A stretch of 64,000 nucleotides of DNA, taken from positions 427,302 through 491,301 of the forward strand of contig JBFWNU010000003.1 of the NCBI GenBank assembly GCA_050250895.1, given 5' to 3'. This document shows positions 1 to 7,708 of this stretch, in pieces. The translations under genes were made by a program, and so were the position numbers. The notes beneath the pieces were generated by a model. That model was not told where the DNA came from and did not search any database. It saw only the letters and a program-made list of their open reading frames with translations. Origin of the DNA: Vulcanimicrobiota bacterium (GTDB lineage: Bacteria; Vulcanimicrobiota; Xenobia; Xenobiales; JADMJV01). Within the stretch, counting starts at the first letter, position 1. Each line of letters opens with the position of its first letter.

Positions 1-264
1 GACGAGGACAACCATTTCAACGCTCTCCAGGGAGCCCTCAACTATCTGGCCTCCAACAGTACGGGCGACAACAAGAAGCTGTTCGACCAGACCCTCGATA
101 TGTTTGCCGACCAGGAAGAACCGGTGGCCAAGTGCGGCCGCCAGGGCCAGAGTCTGCTCGAAATGCTCGACCAGACCCACGGCGGACCGGCCTCGACGGC
201 CGACCTTTCTATCGAGCAAGACTCGGTGCGAGTCGGTGACAACGTCGTTCCGATTCACGACTGA
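1..264 (+). CDS. 3' end of a hypothetical protein (partial, runs off window)
   Basis: Frame 1 open from base 1 to TGA at 262-264 (DEDNHFNALQ...SIEQDSVRVGDNVVPIHD*), with strong GC3 codon bias. Confidence 0.6.
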   Translation, partial: DEDNHFNALQGALNYLASNSTGDNKKLFDQTLDMFADQEEPVAKCGRQGQSLLEMLDQTHGGPASTADLSIEQDSVRVGDNVVPIHD

Positions 265-367
265 CCCCATCCCTTGAGGTGCCCGTAAGCACTCACCGTG
301 GTATGTAGCCATGGGGTCTGAATCCGGGTCATTCTGTTGCTGACACTTAAGGAAAGGAAAGCAACAG

Positions 368-748
368 ATGCAACCCATCCAAGACCATCTTTCAGATACA
401 TCCGAGGTCCTCGAAGAAGCGAAGACCCAGGCCCGTGACCAGGCCGAGAAACAGAAGCTGCGTGCGGCGATTCGCCTCGAGAACCTGAGTCAGGCGCTCG
501 ACCAGACGGCCGAGAGCCTGGAGAGCCCCCTGCTTGAAAAACAGCTAAACAAAGCCTCGAGCGGAGTCGCCCGGGCGGCCAACCGGCTGGCCGACGCCGA
601 CCTGGATGAAATTTATCAGAGCGGCCGCGCCCTGGCGCGCAACCACGCTCCCGGCTTTCTGGCCGGCAGCTTCGTGCTGGGCCTGGCCCTGGGCCGCCTC
701 TTGAAGGCCTCGACCAAATCCAACCTCGGAGGTAACTATGAGCAGTAA
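368..748 (+). CDS. Hypothetical protein, ElaB/DUF883-like, C-terminal membrane anchor
   Basis: Helical body ending in APGFLAGSFVLGLALGRLLK; AAGGAAAGGA RBS. Confidence 0.6.
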   Translation: MQPIQDHLSDTSEVLEEAKTQARDQAEKQKLRAAIRLENLSQALDQTAESLESPLLEKQLNKASSGVARAANRLADADLDEIYQSGRALARNHAPGFLAGSFVLGLALGRLLKASTKSNLGGNYEQ

Positions 749-1415
749 CGGACGAACCCTTTTGGAAGAAGCCCGCGCCATCGAGACGGGCACCTGTCCC
801 CCAAATGGCAAGACCTCGCGCCCCGCGGCCGCGGTCAGTTCATCGCCGGGCAAAAGCTTTTTGCGTGAGAACGCCGGACCGGCCGCCTTGTTCGCCGCCG
901 GCCTGGTCTGGATGGCCATCAACCACGAGCGCGCTCGCGAGCGCAGCCTACCCCAGCGCATGCAGGACCGGGCTCATCAGCTCGAAGCAGCGGCCGCCGA
1001 CGTGCGAATCCAGGCGGCCGAGAGAATGGCCGACCTGCGAAGCTCGGCCAGCGACCGTCTGGAACAGGCTCGTACCCGTGGAAGCGAACGCTTTGAGCAG
1101 GCTCGCGAGCGAGCCCACGAGACCTTCGAACTAGCCCGCAGCCGGGGCGCCGAAACCATCAATATGGCTCGCGAGCGGGCCAGCGAGACTCTGGACAGTT
1201 CCCCGCTGCTGCTGGGCCTGGGAGCCTTCGCTGCCGGTCTGGGTCTGGCCCTATTGGTCCCGGCTACCCGGCCCGAGATGCGCCATCTGGCCACTCCCGG
1301 CCGCGCTATTCTCGAGAGCGCCCGTCAGGTCGCCCAGCAAGCGAGGTCGGTCGCGAACAAAAGCCTCGCGTCGGCTTCGGAGGCTGCTCTCGAGACTCTG
1401 GAAGAGAGCTTCTAA
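738..1415 (+). CDS. Hypothetical DUF3618/ElaB-like protein with 11-residue helical repeats
   Basis: ARERA/ARTRG/ARSRG repeats between two hydrophobic segments; GGAGG RBS; overlaps upstream gene. Confidence 0.6.
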   Translation: MSSNGRTLLEEARAIETGTCPPNGKTSRPAAAVSSSPGKSFLRENAGPAALFAAGLVWMAINHERARERSLPQRMQDRAHQLEAAAADVRIQAAERMADLRSSASDRLEQARTRGSERFEQARERAHETFELARSRGAETINMARERASETLDSSPLLLGLGAFAAGLGLALLVPATRPEMRHLATPGRAILESARQVAQQARSVANKSLASASEAALETLEESF

Positions 1416-1432
1416 AAGCGCCACGCTAGACC

Positions 1433-1459
1433 GCCGGGCCGGGTGATCCCCGGCCCGGC
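1433..1459. terminator. GC-rich intergenic hairpin
   Basis: GCCGGGCCGGG-TGATC-CCCGGCCCGGC; no U tract. Confidence 0.35.
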
Positions 1460-1473
1460 TCGAAGGAACGCCT

Positions 1474-2010
1474 ATGAGTAAAACCATCCTCGGAATTTCG
1501 GGCAGCCTGCGCAAGGGCTCGAATTCCACCGCAATTCTCAACACCCTGGCCGCCCGCCACTGGCAGGGCGCCACCCTCAAGGTCCACGACATCAGCCAGG
1601 TGCCCCTCTACAACGCCGATCTTGACGGTGACGACAAGCCCGCCGCGGTCGAGTCGCTCAAGAATGCCATCGCTCTGGCCGACGGTCTGGTGCTGGTGAG
1701 CCCCGAATACAACTATGGCACCTCGGGAGTGCTCAAGAACGCCCTCGACTGGGCCTCGCGCCCGGGCTATCAGTCGGTGCTAAAGCACAAGCCCACGGTC
1801 ATCATCACCTCGTCCCCCGGCGGAGTGGGCGGAGCCCGCGCTCAAGAACAGCTTCGCAAGACCCTTTTCGCGTGCCTGGCCATTCTCGTGCCCGGCCCTG
1901 AAGTGGCCATTCCCGCTGTGCACGAGAAGCTGACCGATGGGGCCTTGACCGACGAGCAGTCGCTCAAGATGGCGGTCAAGGCGGTCGAGGCCCTGATCAA
2001 CTATTCGTAG
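1474..2010 (+). CDS. NAD(P)H-dependent FMN reductase (ChrR/SsuE family)
   Basis: ISGSLRKGS, SPEYNYG, LKNALDWASRP, GGARAQ motifs. Confidence 0.92.
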   Translation: MSKTILGISGSLRKGSNSTAILNTLAARHWQGATLKVHDISQVPLYNADLDGDDKPAAVESLKNAIALADGLVLVSPEYNYGTSGVLKNALDWASRPGYQSVLKHKPTVIITSSPGGVGGARAQEQLRKTLFACLAILVPGPEVAIPAVHEKLTDGALTDEQSLKMAVKAVEALINYS

Positions 2011-2414
2011 ACACCCCACTGTCCCAACCTGACCTTCAAAGCGCCAAAACCCGGGATACTCGACGGTAACACCCTGGCCCCATAGGCCAGGGTGCTGCCG
2101 TCTTCAAAGCCCACCGCCAACACCCACGAACGCTCACAGTTCCAATAGGTCCAGTCGGTCCGAGCTTTGGCCGGCGGGTCGGGCAGAAAGTCGAACGGCT
2201 TGGGAATCAAAGAACTCAGCGACTCGGGCGGGTGTCCCTGCTCTTTTTCGTATTCTGCCACCGCCGCCACAATGGCGTCGGCTTGCTGTTTTGCCTCGGC
2301 CATCTTCGGCGGCAGCTTGGCCAGGGTCGGGGCCGACACTGGCCCGAATACGGGTTGCTTTTCGGCCATCACCGGCAGGGATAGTAGGAGCAGTGTGAAG
2401 ATGATCCATCTCAT
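2001..2414 (-). CDS. Hypothetical exported protein
   Basis: Signal peptide MRWIIFTLLLLSLPVMA; YEKEQGHPPESLSSLIP resembles a pseudopilin GspG-like segment. Confidence 0.55.
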   Translation of the reverse strand: MRWIIFTLLLLSLPVMAEKQPVFGPVSAPTLAKLPPKMAEAKQQADAIVAAVAEYEKEQGHPPESLSSLIPKPFDFLPDPPAKARTDWTYWNCERSWVLAVGFEDGSTLAYGARVLPSSIPGFGALKVRLGQWGVYE

Positions 2415-2521
2415 GGGGGGAGCCTTTCGCCTCGGGGAGTGGCGGGCCTGCGGGTGGGCTTGGGCGAGGTCAGCCCGGGGCCAGGAATCCGGTTAGCCCT
2501 TTAGTCGGGAGGCCCGGCCAG

Positions 2522-2890
2522 TCAGGGGAAGAAGCCTTCAGGCAGGGGCGCGATGGACCCCGGTCGCGTCAGCTGTCCCGACTTGCCCAGAAAGAAGACC
2601 GCGGTGGCGCCGGGTCCGAGGGGAATGTCGAAGCCGCGAACTCCGCCGCTATGAAGCTCGAGGTGGATGGACTTACCCGGGTTGCCCTTCCAGACGGTCA
2701 CGACCTCGACGGTCGTAGCATAAGTCTTGCCGTACACGGGGTGCTCCTGCCGGCCGGTGTCGACCTTCACGACGCGGCCGAGGAAGACGTGGTGGGACTG
2801 TTGGACCAGCTCTTCGGCCGGCAGGGGGACGATCTGTCCGGCCGCGGCCGGAGCGAACAAAAGCAAGACAAGAAGGAGCCGAATCCACAT
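2522..2890 (-). CDS. Hypothetical exported protein (TIMP/NTR-like OB fold)
   Basis: Signal peptide; SHHVFLGRVVKV and VEVVTVWKG patterns. Confidence 0.55.
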   Translation of the reverse strand: MWIRLLLVLLLFAPAAAGQIVPLPAEELVQQSHHVFLGRVVKVDTGRQEHPVYGKTYATTVEVVTVWKGNPGKSIHLELHSGGVRGFDIPLGPGATAVFFLGKSGQLTRPGSIAPLPEGFFP

Positions 2891-2954
2891 AGAGAGGCAG
2901 TCGTCGGCGCCAGCGGGTTCTTCCGTGTTGCCGGGAATGTGCTACAATTGAACG

Positions 2955-4778
2955 ATGGGTCGTCGGGGAATCGCTCTGGTTTCGGTCTTGCTGCTGGCCT
3001 CTGTATTGCTGGCGATGATGCTGGCTCTATATATCGCCGTCAGGGGAGACCTGTTCTTTAGTCAAGCCCACAACCAGAGCGTGGCCGCCCTCTACGCCGC
3101 CGAGGCTGGACTGGCTGACTGCATGATCGCCCTTGAAGGGGCCGACTACAACCTCACCGGGACCCTGACCCAGACTCTTTCCAACGGTGCCAGCTACACT
3201 ATCGAGTTTAACGACACGGCGCCCTTTACCTCGACCCAGTCCGTCAACAACCTGCTCAATCCGGCCGCCCCGGTCGAGAGTTATCGGGGCCCGGCATCGG
3301 TGCCGGCCAGTGCTGCCCTCATCGTCGTCCGGGGGCGCTCGGGCGGGGTCGAACGCGTGCTCGAAGCGGTTGTCTCCCGAGCCCCCGGAGGGCCGCAGTT
3401 GGATGCCGCCGTCCAGACATCGGGAACCCTCCAGCTGGGGGGCGGGATTGATGTCAATGGCATCACCAGCATGACCGATGCTACCCCGGTGCCGGCTGTG
3501 CTCCACTCCAATGCCCCTTCGGGCCTGGGGGTGGCCTGGGACGGCAGTGGCACGGCCAACATCCAGGGCAGCGTTTCCGCTCGCAGCAGCGACAGCGGGG
3601 CCATCGACCTCGGCGGCTACAACCCCAGTGGCGGAACCCAGACCGGAGCGGCCGGCAAGCCCTTCCCGGCCGTCGACATCCCGAGCAGCGTCAGTTCCAA
3701 AGCGGGCACGGGCACCAGCCCGACCTTTGTAGTGGGCGGCGTTACCACCCTCTCCAGCGACGACTTCTATGTGGATGGCGGCGGCAGCACCACGGTCGTC
3801 CAGGGAGACCTGGTCCTCGACGGCGGCAACCTCTATGTTGAAGGGGACCTGGTGGTGAACGGCTCGATCACGGGCGAGGGAAGCGTCTTCGTCAACGGCA
3901 CCACCGAGTTCAAAGGGGATGCCAGCGTGATCGCCAGCGGCGAAAGCAAGGTCGCTCTTTACAGCGAGAAGAGCGTCACTCTGAGCGGATTCGACGGCAC
4001 CGCCTACCTCAACGGGTTGGCCGCTTCCGATCCGACCATCGACAACTATGTGCAGGCCACCACGAATAGCCTGGCCGAACTTCAGGACACTTTCGTAACC
4101 TATGCGCCGGCCGATTTTCTCGAGCAGCCGGGGTCGCCCGGCTGGAATCGCTTCCATGAGGCGCGCCGGGTGCTCGGCGCCGACAACGCCTATGCCGACG
4201 CCACTTTCAACAACTATCCCGAGAATTCGGTCGGCCTCTTGGCTGACGCCCTGCCGGCCGGCACCACAGCCGACTTCTTGCGCAAGAAGCTCGACAACAT
4301 CAATCTGATCTATCACTCGACTCAGGTCGACATTGACAGCGGCGCGCCGACCGCCGCCACGAACGACGAGCTTCTGGCTCGCTGGATGTCTGGCACCCTG
4401 ACCGGCGACTACGGGGGGATTTTCGACGCCATCGTAGTGATGAGTGGTGGACTCACCCCGGACCGGCTCGATGTCGCCAACCAGCTCATCAATATCACGG
4501 ATCAGGTCGACTATGACCGCATCGGCAGCGCTCACTTCCAAGGCGTGATCTACACCCACGGATTTGTCTATGCCGCCCACGAAATTAGCATCGTGGGAGC
4601 CCTCTACGCCAACGGCGACCCCAGCCAGAACTCGGCCACCATCGATGGCAAGACCATCAAACCGGGCGATGTCTATCTGGCCAACGGCACCAGCGTTACT
4701 TTCGTAAAGGAGTTCTTCGACGATACCGGCGCGCTGACGGTCGGCCCCCTGGGTGTGGAATACTGGTTGGCGCGGTGA
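2955..4778 (+). CDS. PilX-like minor pilin/adhesin with beta-helix-like repeats
   Basis: RRG|IALVS prepilin-type N-terminus; ALYAAEAGL PilX_N motif; LYVEGDLVVNG repeats; TGnTACAAT at 2940-2948. Confidence 0.8.
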   Translation: MGRRGIALVSVLLLASVLLAMMLALYIAVRGDLFFSQAHNQSVAALYAAEAGLADCMIALEGADYNLTGTLTQTLSNGASYTIEFNDTAPFTSTQSVNNLLNPAAPVESYRGPASVPASAALIVVRGRSGGVERVLEAVVSRAPGGPQLDAAVQTSGTLQLGGGIDVNGITSMTDATPVPAVLHSNAPSGLGVAWDGSGTANIQGSVSARSSDSGAIDLGGYNPSGGTQTGAAGKPFPAVDIPSSVSSKAGTGTSPTFVVGGVTTLSSDDFYVDGGGSTTVVQGDLVLDGGNLYVEGDLVVNGSITGEGSVFVNGTTEFKGDASVIASGESKVALYSEKSVTLSGFDGTAYLNGLAASDPTIDNYVQATTNSLAELQDTFVTYAPADFLEQPGSPGWNRFHEARRVLGADNAYADATFNNYPENSVGLLADALPAGTTADFLRKKLDNINLIYHSTQVDIDSGAPTAATNDELLARWMSGTLTGDYGGIFDAIVVMSGGLTPDRLDVANQLINITDQVDYDRIGSAHFQGVIYTHGFVYAAHEISIVGALYANGDPSQNSATIDGKTIKPGDVYLANGTSVTFVKEFFDDTGALTVGPLGVEYWLAR

Positions 4779-5191
4779 CCAGGAAGGGCTTCAGCCTGGT
4801 AGAGATTCTGCTGGCCCTGGCTTTGGTGGCGGTGGCCATTCTGGGCATCCTTGGGGCTTTCATCGCGGGCGTGCGCATGATGGGACGCTCGAACGAGTTG
4901 ACCCAGGCCACCGAAGAGGGCCGTCGGGTCTTGGAACGCATCAAGCTTAACGTGGCTGCCGGCGGATTTGACTATCTTCCCACCGGCACCTACTTGTTTG
5001 ATGGAGCAACCCCAGATCCGCCCCTGGGAGCCGCCCCGCTCGTCTTTCCCCCCGACCCCTATCCGGGCGACGGTCGTTACGTCATTCGCGTGTCCGGCCG
5101 GGAGTTGACCACCGATCTTCGCGAAGTGAGCGTCGAGGTTCGTTGGGGCGAGACGGGGCGGACTCTGTTGGTGACCCGGATGCGCCGATGA
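4775..5191 (+). CDS. Type IV minor pilin (PilV-like)
   Basis: KG|FSLVE class III signal, hydrophobic helix, C-terminal VSVEVRW; 4-nt overlap with upstream gene. Confidence 0.85.
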   Translation: MTRKGFSLVEILLALALVAVAILGILGAFIAGVRMMGRSNELTQATEEGRRVLERIKLNVAAGGFDYLPTGTYLFDGATPDPPLGAAPLVFPPDPYPGDGRYVIRVSGRELTTDLREVSVEVRWGETGRTLLVTRMRR

Positions 5192-5760
5192 GGGGCCATA
5201 CGCTGCTCGAGCTCGTGCTGGGGCTGGGTCTGCTGATCCTCTTGATGGTAACCATGTTCGCCATCTTTCGCCTGGGAGCCAGTGCCTGGAAAAAGGGCGA
5301 GGCTCACGCCGACCTGATGCACGCCCTGCAGATCACCTTGGCCCACTGCACGCGGTCGGTCGAGCAGAGTGTTTACGACGGATTGGCCCTGGACCCGCCG
5401 GGGGCACCGACCGGGCTGTCCCTGATCTCTTCCTGGGACCAGGCCAATTCCGAGTTCGACTTCGATGGAACGGCCGGGGCTCCGGTCTGGCATCGCCACG
5501 TGATCATCTACTATGACGCCGCTCAGCAAGAGGTACTCCAACGCGAGCTGGCCATCCCTCCCACCACCACCGCTGCGCCCCTGGCCACCCTCTCGACCGA
5601 GCGCACGGGAGGCCGCGTCCTGGCCCGAGAAATCACGGCCTTCAACTGCACGCTGGTGGGCCGAGAGCTGACCTTCAACGTGGAAGCACGCAAAAAGCGC
5701 TACGGTTCCAACCAGCCCGAGCTCTTGCGACTGAGCTCGAGCATCGGGTTTCGCAACTGA
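5188..5760 (+). CDS. Type IV minor pilin (PilW-like)
   Basis: True start ATG 5188 (ATGA overlap) gives MRG|HTLLE plus hydrophobic helix. Confidence 0.8.
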   Translation: MRGHTLLELVLGLGLLILLMVTMFAIFRLGASAWKKGEAHADLMHALQITLAHCTRSVEQSVYDGLALDPPGAPTGLSLISSWDQANSEFDFDGTAGAPVWHRHVIIYYDAAQQEVLQRELAIPPTTTAAPLATLSTERTGGRVLAREITAFNCTLVGRELTFNVEARKKRYGSNQPELLRLSSSIGFRN

Positions 5761-5912
5761 GGGCCTGTCAGGGATTGGGATAGGCCCGGTCTTCGCTTCG
5801 AGCGCGTGCGCATCCGGTCCTCGGCTGCGGGCGCGCCTTTCCTGGGAGGTCGCCCGCGCGAGGCATATAGTGTTATGGCAGAATCGGTAGGAGGACGAGA
5901 AGTCTCGATGGG

Positions 5913-5942
5913 AAAAGAAAAAGCCCCGGCTTTCGCCGGGGC
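5913..5942 (-). terminator. Intrinsic terminator
   Basis: Minus strand GCCCCGGC-GAAA-GCCGGGGC followed by TTTTTCTTTT. Confidence 0.7.
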
Positions 5943-6190
5943 GTTAGGTCCAACCAATGCTCATCTCACTGAGGAAACTTTACCGCCCTGGCGTCACAGA
6001 AGCGTTAAAATGGAGTGGCCTTTCTAAATCAGCCTGCTGAAGGCGCGCGAGACCAAGCTATCGCCAGGTCCGCCATCGGCCTGGTTGATTCCGTCGCAAA
6101 GAGCAAGCTCCGGTTAGCCAACCATAGCGCGTGCTCACCAGCCGTCTTCCGGTTGGAAGTCGCTGGTCAAAGCTCGCCCGCGAGAGATAG

Positions 6191-6220
6191 AAAAAGGGCC
6201 GGTGGTAGGACCGGCCCTTT
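6191..6220 (-). terminator. Intrinsic terminator after the repeat-protein gene
   Basis: AAAAAGGGCCGGT-GGTAGG-ACCGGCCCTTT, directly after the stop at 6224. Confidence 0.8.
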
Positions 6221-6223
6221 CGG

Positions 6224-6532
6224 CTAGTGCTGGACTGCGGGGGGCTCAGGCTGAGGGTTGAAGCCCTTCAGCTGGGCTGGGTGGACGAACCCGTTCACGG
6301 CTGGCGGCGGTTCGGGTTGGGGGTTGAAGCCGCGGGTCGACCCGGGCGGATCGGGCTGGGGATTGAAGCCCGCCCGGGCGGCCGGGTGCACGTAGCCGTT
6401 GGCCGGGGGTTCGGGTTGAGGGTCAAAGCCGCGCACCTGGGCGGGGCTGGTGGGCTGTTGCGAGGCGGCCGGCGCGGCCGCCAGGGGCAGGGCCAGGGAC
6501 AGGCCGATGAGCAGGGTAATGACGATTCGCAT
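6224..6532 (-). CDS. Small secreted protein with four GF(N/D)PQP(E/D)PP repeats
   Basis: Signal peptide MRIVITLLIGLSLALPLAA; AAGGAG RBS; four repeats; followed by terminator. Confidence 0.8.
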   Translation of the reverse strand: MRIVITLLIGLSLALPLAAAPAASQQPTSPAQVRGFDPQPEPPANGYVHPAARAGFNPQPDPPGSTRGFNPQPEPPPAVNGFVHPAQLKGFNPQPEPPAVQH

Positions 6533-6542
6533 AGGGTTCTCC

Positions 6543-7259
6543 TTAGTATTGGGGAGCCACGCGCAGGTGGACTCCGTAGTAGCTGGTGCGCGAGCCCGAG
6601 CCGAGCACGAGCTTGAGATTCAGGTCGACCAGCTTGGTGTTGTCGTGGGGGTCACCCTCAGAGGGGTTTTCAGCGGTCAGCTGCTCGGCCCCGTCCTCGC
6701 CGCCGAGGCGGCGCAGGAACTGCACTTCGAAGCCACCCGCGGGGCCGCTGTTGCCGACGCCCGGGATGTCGCTGTTAGGAGCGGCCAGGTTGTGCAAGAC
6801 CACCTTGCGCTTGGCCGCGTCCGAGGGGATAGGGGAGGGCATCAGCGAGCTGGGATGGGGTAAGAAGTCGTGCTCGCTGGCCGGCCAGGGGCGCTCCCAG
6901 CGCACCAGGCTGGCCGTCTTGTCACCGGGCTGGGTCTCGAGGGCGTAGAACACCGTCTTGCTCCATTCGGGAGTGCCGAACTTGCTGATGACCAGTTCCT
7001 GATCCTCGACGGTGCGAGCGGACGCAAACGAGATGCCTTCCGCCTCGGGATGAATCCGGATGCTCGACAGGGCTGTCTCGCGCAGGTCACGGCGCAGCCA
7101 GCGGATGGCCGTTTCGGTATTGCCGCTGACCAGGTAGGCCGAGGTGGTGGCCCGCGAGGCCGAGTTGCCGACGTTGAAGAGGGTGTGCACGGTGAGTGCA
7201 GCCAGCAGGGCGATGAACATGTAGACCATCAATTCGGCCAGGGAAAATCCGCGTCTCAT
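6543..7259 (-). CDS. Type IV minor pilin (PilW-like)
   Basis: MRRG|FSLAE; GGAGGA RBS; overlaps upstream stop. Confidence 0.8.
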   Translation of the reverse strand: MRRGFSLAELMVYMFIALLAALTVHTLFNVGNSASRATTSAYLVSGNTETAIRWLRRDLRETALSSIRIHPEAEGISFASARTVEDQELVISKFGTPEWSKTVFYALETQPGDKTASLVRWERPWPASEHDFLPHPSSLMPSPIPSDAAKRKVVLHNLAAPNSDIPGVGNSGPAGGFEVQFLRRLGGEDGAEQLTAENPSEGDPHDNTKLVDLNLKLVLGSGSRTSYYGVHLRVAPQY

Positions 7260-7708
7260 AACTTCCTCCAAACCGGCACCTCGAGCGAGAGCACCTTGTT
7301 GTCTTGCGGCACCACCACGCCGGTCTGGCGGTCGCCGACGTTCTCGCGCCAGCTGATGGTGATGGTCAGCAGGTCTTCGTTGCCGTTGGTGTTGCCGATG
7401 AAGCTACCGTTGGCATAGTCGATGCGCTTGTGAAAGAGCATTTGTTGGGGGCGGCCGTCGACGATGACCTCGACCGGTTCATCCGACTCGCTGGTCCACC
7501 ACGTCGGGGCCGGCTCGCCGTACGGGTGAGCCTGGATTTCGTCGAAGAGGGTCTCGGCCATCAAGATGGCCACCGTTCGGTTGCGCGACTGCACCGCGTG
7601 GCGCGAGCCGCTCGAGAAGACCGAGAGGAAGGTCACCAGGGCGAGGACCGCCACCAGTAGAGCGATGATGCATTCGGCCAGGCTGAATCCTGACTTGGGG
7701 CGCCTCAT
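7256..7708 (-). CDS. Type IV minor pilin (PilV-like)
   Basis: MRRPKSG|FSLAE; C-terminal LTITISW; ATGA overlap. Confidence 0.82.
   Translation of the reverse strand: MRRPKSGFSLAECIIALLVAVLALVTFLSVFSSGSRHAVQSRNRTVAILMAETLFDEIQAHPYGEPAPTWWTSESDEPVEVIVDGRPQQMLFHKRIDYANGSFIGNTNGNEDLLTITISWRENVGDRQTGVVVPQDNKVLSLEVPVWRKL

Noticed and set aside
6224-6532. Linking the repeat peptide to the window's radical SAM/SPASM enzymes as a RiPP cluster
   Set aside because: The enzymes are 15-45 kb away under DNR boxes, and the peptide has a Sec signal; there is no positional support.
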